DNA of 63,896 nt, the filler included, from an uncultured Methanosarcinales archaeon (GTDB taxonomy: Archaea > Nanobdellota > Nanobdellia > Woesearchaeales > CAYXTQ01), in NCBI GenBank assembly GCA_964608065.1. It is 4 parts of 4 records of this genome, joined end to end, with 100 filler letters (N's around TTAATTAATTAA, not from the genome) between each part and the next. Parts side by side here need not be neighbours in the genome. Positions count along the whole stretch, not along the records: positions 53,403 to 63,896 come from CAZSMA010000052.1; 3 more parts are not named here. The stretch is one strand, 5' to 3'. Shown in pieces: positions 58,049 to 63,896 of this stretch (the first letter of the stretch is position 1; each line of letters begins with the position of its first letter). The position numbers and the translations under genes are program-made. Under the pieces are notes generated by a model. The model was not told where the DNA came from and did no database searches. It saw nothing but the letters and a program-made list of their open reading frames with translations.

Positions 58049-59476
58049 ATGAGGATCCTATTAATACAGCCAGATGATAAAGAAAAAAGATACTATGGCT
58101 ATAAGAATGTAGGTTCTTACTTACAGCCATTAGGCTTAGCATATGTAGCTGCAGTTCTGGAAAAACAAGGACACAAAGTCAGAATCATAGATATGACAGT
58201 ACAGAACATAAATGCAGATAAAATAGCTTCAATTGTAAAAGATAATAATGTTGAATTGGTTGGATTAGGCATTGTAACAATAATGTATCCTGCTGCACAA
58301 AAAATAGCAAAAAAAATAAAAGAACTAAGCCCAAACATAAAAATAATTCTTGGAGGCCCGCATCCTTCAGCAAACCCAAAAGACGCTTTAAAAGACCCTG
58401 TTTTTGATTTTGCAATATTCGGAGATGGTGAAGAAACAGCTGTTGAACTAATAAAATTCCTGGAAAACAAGAAAACAGCAAAATCAGATTTAAAAAAAAT
58501 AAAAGGAATTGCATTCAGATACAAAGATGAAATAATCTTAAACCCTCCAAGACCATTTATCAAAGATCTAGACTCATTACCATACCCAGCAAGACATCTT
58601 TTACCTCATCCAAAACATTATCATGTTGATCCAGATAGATCTTATGATGAACCTTTGGGAACAATCTCAGCCAGTAGGGGCTGCCCTTACAGATGCATCT
58701 TCTGTGATCATTCTGTTTTCGGAAAAACCTGGAGAGGAAGATCTGCTAAAAGCATGGTTGAAGAAGCAGGATTCCTAGTAAAAAAATATGGTGTAAAAGA
58801 GATTGATTTTGAAGAAGACTTATTTAATTTCAGCAACAAACGTGTTTATGAATTCTGCAAACTATGGAAACAACATTTGCCAAAAATAAAATGGCAGTGC
58901 ATAGTAAAAGTCACTAACATGGACGAACATCTTATCAAGACAATGGCAGATGCAGGATGTTGGCTGATTAACATAGGGGTTGAATCTGGTTCCCAAAAAA
59001 TATTAGATTTTATCCACAAAGACATCACAGTAGAGCAAGTTAAAAAAGTAACAAATCTTGCAGATAAGCACGGAATCAAAGTTAGAGGATTATTCATGAT
59101 AAATCACCCAACTGAAACACATGAAGACTTAAAAGCCACTTTAGACTTAACCCTGAAAAACCCCTTCCACACTATAATTGTTTGCATCACAAATCCCTAT
59201 CCTTACACAGAATTATGGGATATTGCAGCAAAATATGGAACATTCAAAAAAGACTTAACACAGATGACTGAATTCCCAAGCAAACCAAATTTTGTAGGTA
59301 AAAACTTCACAGCAGACGAATTAATCAAACTCCAAAAAATGTTCTATGTGAAGTTCTTCTTCAGACCAAAGCAAATATTAAAATATCTCAAATTCATATT
59401 TTCACTAAAACCCTTGCCTGCATTAAGATTATTAAGATATTATACTAGGGGTGCTATAACTGTATTAAAAGCTTAA
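58049..59476 (+). CDS. B12-binding radical SAM protein
   Basis: PLGLAYVAA, GGPHPS, SRGCPYRCIFC, GVESGS. Confidence 0.92.
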   Translation: MRILLIQPDDKEKRYYGYKNVGSYLQPLGLAYVAAVLEKQGHKVRIIDMTVQNINADKIASIVKDNNVELVGLGIVTIMYPAAQKIAKKIKELSPNIKIILGGPHPSANPKDALKDPVFDFAIFGDGEETAVELIKFLENKKTAKSDLKKIKGIAFRYKDEIILNPPRPFIKDLDSLPYPARHLLPHPKHYHVDPDRSYDEPLGTISASRGCPYRCIFCDHSVFGKTWRGRSAKSMVEEAGFLVKKYGVKEIDFEEDLFNFSNKRVYEFCKLWKQHLPKIKWQCIVKVTNMDEHLIKTMADAGCWLINIGVESGSQKILDFIHKDITVEQVKKVTNLADKHGIKVRGLFMINHPTETHEDLKATLDLTLKNPFHTIIVCITNPYPYTELWDIAAKYGTFKKDLTQMTEFPSKPNFVGKNFTADELIKLQKMFYVKFFFRPKQILKYLKFIFSLKPLPALRLLRYYTRGAITVLKA

Positions 59477-59477
59477 A

Positions 59478-59924
59478 ATGCTAAAACACTTAAAAAAATA
59501 CTTTAAAAGCCTTGATAAAAGAGAAATTTTTATTATTTTCTTAGTTTTTTTAGTAATTATCTTATTTGCAACAACAGCTTATTATCAGAAAAAAAACAGT
59601 ATATCTATCATCGTAAGACCCTTTAAAGGTGAAAAAATAAATCCTTCACTGATTGAAGTCACAACTAACAGGATATTAACAGAACCAGGAGAAAAAAAAT
59701 ATGATATAGAAATATCAGAAGATAAAAATTTCCAAAATATCCAAGGCCAATGTAAAAACATGACTAATGACAGATGCAAATTCCATTTTAAGTTTAAATC
59801 CAACACAAAATATTATATCAGAACCAGAACAATAATAGACAACAACATAAATCCATGGAGCAAAACAACCTTTTTTTACACAACAAAAAACTACCCCCTT
59901 GTATTTTTAGAGGGTTTTGAATAA
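59478..59924 (+). CDS. membrane-anchored FnIII-like protein, copy 1
   Basis: TM helix then YDIEISED..TKYYIRTR..PWSK..FYT. Confidence 0.7.
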   Translation: MLKHLKKYFKSLDKREIFIIFLVFLVIILFATTAYYQKKNSISIIVRPFKGEKINPSLIEVTTNRILTEPGEKKYDIEISEDKNFQNIQGQCKNMTNDRCKFHFKFKSNTKYYIRTRTIIDNNINPWSKTTFFYTTKNYPLVFLEGFE

Positions 59925-59925
59925 C

Positions 59926-62298
59926 ATGAAAAAAAAAGAAAAAATATTGCCATATCTAATCCTAATTTTTGCAGTTTTATTTGCAATCTTTATTCAAAAA
60001 CAATTAGTTTTTGCAAACAACCACAGTGTATGGGGCGACGGCTTATACCATTATACAAATCAGTTTAATTTAATAAAACATATTGAAAAAGGGGATGTTT
60101 TTGGGTTTTACGAGCATTTTAATTCTGGATATCCTATGATGAACCAGTACCAGCCCCTATATTATCTGGCAGTTGTAGCTATTTTTTTCCTTTTCCTGAA
60201 ACTAATCCCCCTTTTAGTCATACATAACACTTTATTTGTAATTATCTACTCACTTACACCAGTTGGTGTTTTCTACTTGCTTTCAAAGTTCAGGTTCAAT
60301 AAAATGGTATGCGCAATTGGCTCCTTGCTCTCAATACTTCCAATTGGAGTTTTTGGCCATTCATTAGAAGCTTATCATGGAGCAGCACTACTCACACTCT
60401 CACTAGCAACACTCTTATATTTCTTCACTCTTGGAAAATTCCATGAGTTTGTTTACTACAACAAAAGAAACATCACAGATTATCTTAAATTAGCAATCCT
60501 GATATCATTATCCTCATTAGCGCATCAATGGGTAGCATATCTTATATTCATAACATTCACTATTTACATTATCTCTTATTTATTCCATGCAAAAATAAAA
60601 GAAATACTAAGTTTGATAAAACCATTGTTGATAATTAGCCTCATATCATTAGTCATGATATCGTTCTGGTTTGTACCTAAATTAATAACATACAAAGAGT
60701 TCTCTATAAGCACAGATTCAACAGAACGGGTTGATAACGCTTTCTACGCATTCTCTATTCAGATGTTTGTTGAAAAATATTTTAATGGAGAGCTTCTTGA
60801 CTCAACAAATAATTTTGGAGAGATTGCTGGTGAAAACTTCAGATGGCCTGATAACCTGCATTTCTACCGTTTTCCAATACTTACTGTATTCTCTATACTT
60901 GGATTTATTATGTTATTGTTCAGATTAAAAGATTTCAAAAGCAAATTTTTAATCATATTTTTCATAATAAGCGCAGCACTTATGTGCGGCTTTGATGATA
61001 TACAAATATTCAAATTCCTTCCTATTTTCGAGAGTGTTGCATTCATAAGGTTCATTTTCTTATTTGATTTAGCAGCAATAATCCTATCAGCTTTCAGTAT
61101 TTACTATATTGTTAATTTTGCACAAGAAAAAGTTGTAAAATTCTACAAAATAAAAAATAATAATAGATTATTTCAAATAATTGCAACAATAGCACTATTA
61201 CTTTTACTTTTTTATTCCCCATTAAAAGAGCGTTACTCTCATACTAGAACTTTGATGGGCTTCAAAGATCAAGGAGAAATTTCAGAATTCAAGACACTCT
61301 TGGAATCAAACAACATAACAAACAGTAATATTGCTTTTGAATACAGAGACCAAAATGATAATGTTATTTACAACAAATTAGTTGTTGAAAATATCCCAAA
61401 AATTTACGGAAACTCTGTTTACTCAACTATTGTCTTCTCTGAGATTGATTTCATGAGAAGTATGGCTAGAAGGGAAATGATTATTTCTGATAACTTGCTG
61501 AATCTCTTCAACATAGATTATGTTATTACATCAAAAGATACAGACAAGAAACTTCCAAACACTCTTAATTTAATAGATGAAAACTCATATTACAAACTTT
61601 ATAAACACAATAAAAAAGAAAATGTCTTTGAATTCAGTAACTATAAGCCATACATAGGTATTGTTGACAATTTCAACCACCTTAACATTTTAAATCATAA
61701 ATGGATTGAATCCTATAAAATCAAACTTATTCCTCCAGTCATCTACAATTTTGAATTAGACAAAGAACTAATAGACCACACAGACCCTGCAGGAATCCTA
61801 TATTTTAAACAACAAAATAATCCTCAGGATTACAAACAATTAAGAGAATTAATCTCTAAAGATATCCATGTCATAAGCAATACTAATCTTCCTGGAGCTT
61901 TATTTTTCAATCCTGAAGAAGACTATGCAAAAATAGATCTGGTTGAAAACACCATTGATAGTTCTTATTCAATCAGTAATATAAAAAACAAAATAAACTA
62001 TTATTCAGCGCAAGTATATACTGAAAAATCAAGATTGCTTTTGTTCAAGAAAACATACACTACTGACTGGAATGTTTACATCAACAAAATTCCTGCAAAA
62101 AACATTAGAGTAAGCCCTTATTTCAACGCAGTCCTAATCCCAGAAGGTGAACACTTTATAGAATACAAATTCCAGAAAAGATTTTATGAGAATTTATTAC
62201 TAACATTATCTATAGGTGCTTTTTTAATCAGTATTGTTATAATTCTAATTAATAAATACAAAAAGAAAGGAAGAAAGAAAAAGGGGAGATCAAAATAA
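59926..62298 (+). CDS. GT-C-like multi-pass membrane protein with YfhO-like C-terminus, copy 1
   Basis: WGDGLYH, GYPMMNQYQPLYY, many TM helices, 'W..YIN..IPEGEHFIEY'. Confidence 0.75.
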   Translation: MKKKEKILPYLILIFAVLFAIFIQKQLVFANNHSVWGDGLYHYTNQFNLIKHIEKGDVFGFYEHFNSGYPMMNQYQPLYYLAVVAIFFLFLKLIPLLVIHNTLFVIIYSLTPVGVFYLLSKFRFNKMVCAIGSLLSILPIGVFGHSLEAYHGAALLTLSLATLLYFFTLGKFHEFVYYNKRNITDYLKLAILISLSSLAHQWVAYLIFITFTIYIISYLFHAKIKEILSLIKPLLIISLISLVMISFWFVPKLITYKEFSISTDSTERVDNAFYAFSIQMFVEKYFNGELLDSTNNFGEIAGENFRWPDNLHFYRFPILTVFSILGFIMLLFRLKDFKSKFLIIFFIISAALMCGFDDIQIFKFLPIFESVAFIRFIFLFDLAAIILSAFSIYYIVNFAQEKVVKFYKIKNNNRLFQIIATIALLLLLFYSPLKERYSHTRTLMGFKDQGEISEFKTLLESNNITNSNIAFEYRDQNDNVIYNKLVVENIPKIYGNSVYSTIVFSEIDFMRSMARREMIISDNLLNLFNIDYVITSKDTDKKLPNTLNLIDENSYYKLYKHNKKENVFEFSNYKPYIGIVDNFNHLNILNHKWIESYKIKLIPPVIYNFELDKELIDHTDPAGILYFKQQNNPQDYKQLRELISKDIHVISNTNLPGALFFNPEEDYAKIDLVENTIDSSYSISNIKNKINYYSAQVYTEKSRLLLFKKTYTTDWNVYINKIPAKNIRVSPYFNAVLIPEGEHFIEYKFQKRFYENLLLTLSIGAFLISIVIILINKYKKKGRKKKGRSK

Positions 62299-62732
62299 AA
62301 ATAATAAAAAAATACCATAACAAACTAAATAGTAAGGATCTGATTTTCCTATCTTTATGTATAATATTTTTATTCTCAATATTATTGATGTACACTTATC
62401 AACACATAAGCAAAGTTCCATTGATAATATCGCCTATCCACAGAGAAACTGTAAATCCTTCTAAAATCCACATCATATATAACCTGGTTTATGATTTTTC
62501 TTATTCATATGACATAGAGATATCAAAAGATCCTTTCTTCAGAAGCTTAGATGGCTTTTGCTATGATACTAAAGGCAGTTCCTGCACATTTTATTCAAAA
62601 TTTGAAGAGGATACAAGATATTATATCAGAACAAGAAGTAAAAAGAACAATTCATTAAATAGATGGAGCAAACCAAGAATATTTTACACAGGCAATAACT
62701 ATCCTGTTGTTTTCATTGGTGAGTTTGTATGA
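62295..62732 (+). CDS. membrane-anchored FnIII-like protein, copy 2 (start uncertain)
   Basis: paralog of 59478-59924; TM region lies upstream of the first TTG/ATG. Confidence 0.65.
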   Translation: MKIIKKYHNKLNSKDLIFLSLCIIFLFSILLMYTYQHISKVPLIISPIHRETVNPSKIHIIYNLVYDFSYSYDIEISKDPFFRSLDGFCYDTKGSSCTFYSKFEEDTRYYIRTRSKKNNSLNRWSKPRIFYTGNNYPVVFIGEFV

Positions 62733-63896
62733 AAAGAAAAGAAAAAACAAAAAGAGAATATCTAACTTACATATTCCTAATTTTTGCAATATTATTTACA
62801 TTATTCATCCAAAGAGATATGCTTTTCAGTGACAGATACAGTTATGCAGGAGACTCAATGTCAAATTATGCTAATGAAGAAGTTGTAGTTAATCATATAG
62901 AAAACGGAGATGTTTTTGGATTTTACGAACACACCAATCTTGGAAATCCATTAATGAACACATATCAGCCATTACTTTACTTGCTAATTGCTGCTTTTTC
63001 TTTTTTATTTTTTAAATCAATTTCCACAGTTGCTATCCACAACACATTAGCAGCAGTAACTCTTTCCCTTATTCCATTAAGCATATATTACATGCTCTCA
63101 AAGTTTGATTTTAAAAAAATAGTTTGTGGAATTGGTTCATTAATTTCAGTATTGACAATAGCTGGATGGGGTGTTTCATTAGAATCTACCTACAACCTTG
63201 GAACAGTATCTTTTACTCTAGGAGCTTTTTTCCTTCCATTTGCTTTAGGAAAATTCCATGAGTTTGTCTACAACAAAAAAAGAAATATACGAGATTATGT
63301 TATTTTATCAACTTTAATAGCACTAACATTCTTAAGCCATCAATTTCTTGCTTATGCATTATTTATCCTATTCTTTATACACATTTTTGTTTTTTCCATA
63401 TTCCATGCCAAAAAGCAGACAATCATTGATTTAATAAAACCAATGTTAATACTTACTATTATTTCCTTTCTTTTAGTCTCATTTTGGCTAATCCCAAAAT
63501 TCACAACATACAAGGAATTTTCTGTTGATAATATGGCTGTTATCGCAATGGGTAACCCAACAGGAGCATTTACTACTAAATTCTTTGTTGACAGGCTTAT
63601 AAATGGAGAAATCCTTGATAAAACAAACAATCTTGGATTAGATTCCAGTGACTTCTTCAGATGGCCTTACAACAGAGAATTCAACAGACTTCCTATCTTA
63701 ACTATATTATTTTTCTTAGGCCTTATCTTATTCTTCTACAAGATAAATAAATTCAGAAATAAATTTTTCCTTGCCACATTATTTACAAGCATAATCTTCT
63801 TATTCAGTTTTGATGATATACCTATTTTAGCAAAAATAGTGCCTCTTGCAACAACATTGCAGTATATAAAATTCATTTACACATTTAACTTAGCTG
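62729..63896 (+). CDS. GT-C-like membrane protein, copy 2 (runs off window; not in ORF track)
   Basis: MKRKEKTKREYLTY..GDVFGFYEH..YQPL, paralog of 59926-62298. Confidence 0.8.
   Translation, partial: MKRKEKTKREYLTYIFLIFAILFTLFIQRDMLFSDRYSYAGDSMSNYANEEVVVNHIENGDVFGFYEHTNLGNPLMNTYQPLLYLLIAAFSFLFFKSISTVAIHNTLAAVTLSLIPLSIYYMLSKFDFKKIVCGIGSLISVLTIAGWGVSLESTYNLGTVSFTLGAFFLPFALGKFHEFVYNKKRNIRDYVILSTLIALTFLSHQFLAYALFILFFIHIFVFSIFHAKKQTIIDLIKPMLILTIISFLLVSFWLIPKFTTYKEFSVDNMAVIAMGNPTGAFTTKFFVDRLINGEILDKTNNLGLDSSDFFRWPYNREFNRLPILTILFFLGLILFFYKINKFRNKFFLATLFTSIIFLFSFDDIPILAKIVPLATTLQYIKFIYTFNLA

Noticed and set aside
56600..63896. Shift to A/C-rich composition
   Set aside because: Different contig; explainable by strand skew or an accessory island and cannot be interpreted across artificial joins.

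Overview
AT-rich archaeal sequence, most consistent with a DPANN (Woesearchaeota-like) genome bin; the taxon is inferred from gene content. The window is four contigs joined by artificial N-TTAATTAATTAA-N linkers (18081-18180, 35823-35922, 53303-53402), so adjacency across the gaps means nothing. Contig 1 carries housekeeping genes (trxB, tpiA, histone-fold protein, thermosome, cmk, PAC2), an MNT-HEPN fusion, a RelE-type TA cassette flanked by a 79-bp duplication, a tandem AbrB-like/Gly-rich membrane protein module and an IS5/IS4-type element. Contig 2 carries dtdA, a P-type ATPase, elp3, an acyltransferase, an N-truncated Hel308, DNA ligase, ftsZ, dph5 and five tRNAs with six BHB introns, three of them at non-canonical sites. 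Contig 3 carries pelota, acs, trmB, pheST and the distal spc operon. Contig 4 carries two TA systems and a surface-glycosylation locus. The most notable signal is a small structured non-coding element found twice at tRNA T-loops: as a 93-nt BHB intron in tRNA-Asn, and inverted beside a duplicated tRNA-Gln 3' end, with compensatory base changes. Related signals are triloop palindromes (one translated in frame inside uL15) and cassettes bracketed by duplicated gene 3' ends.
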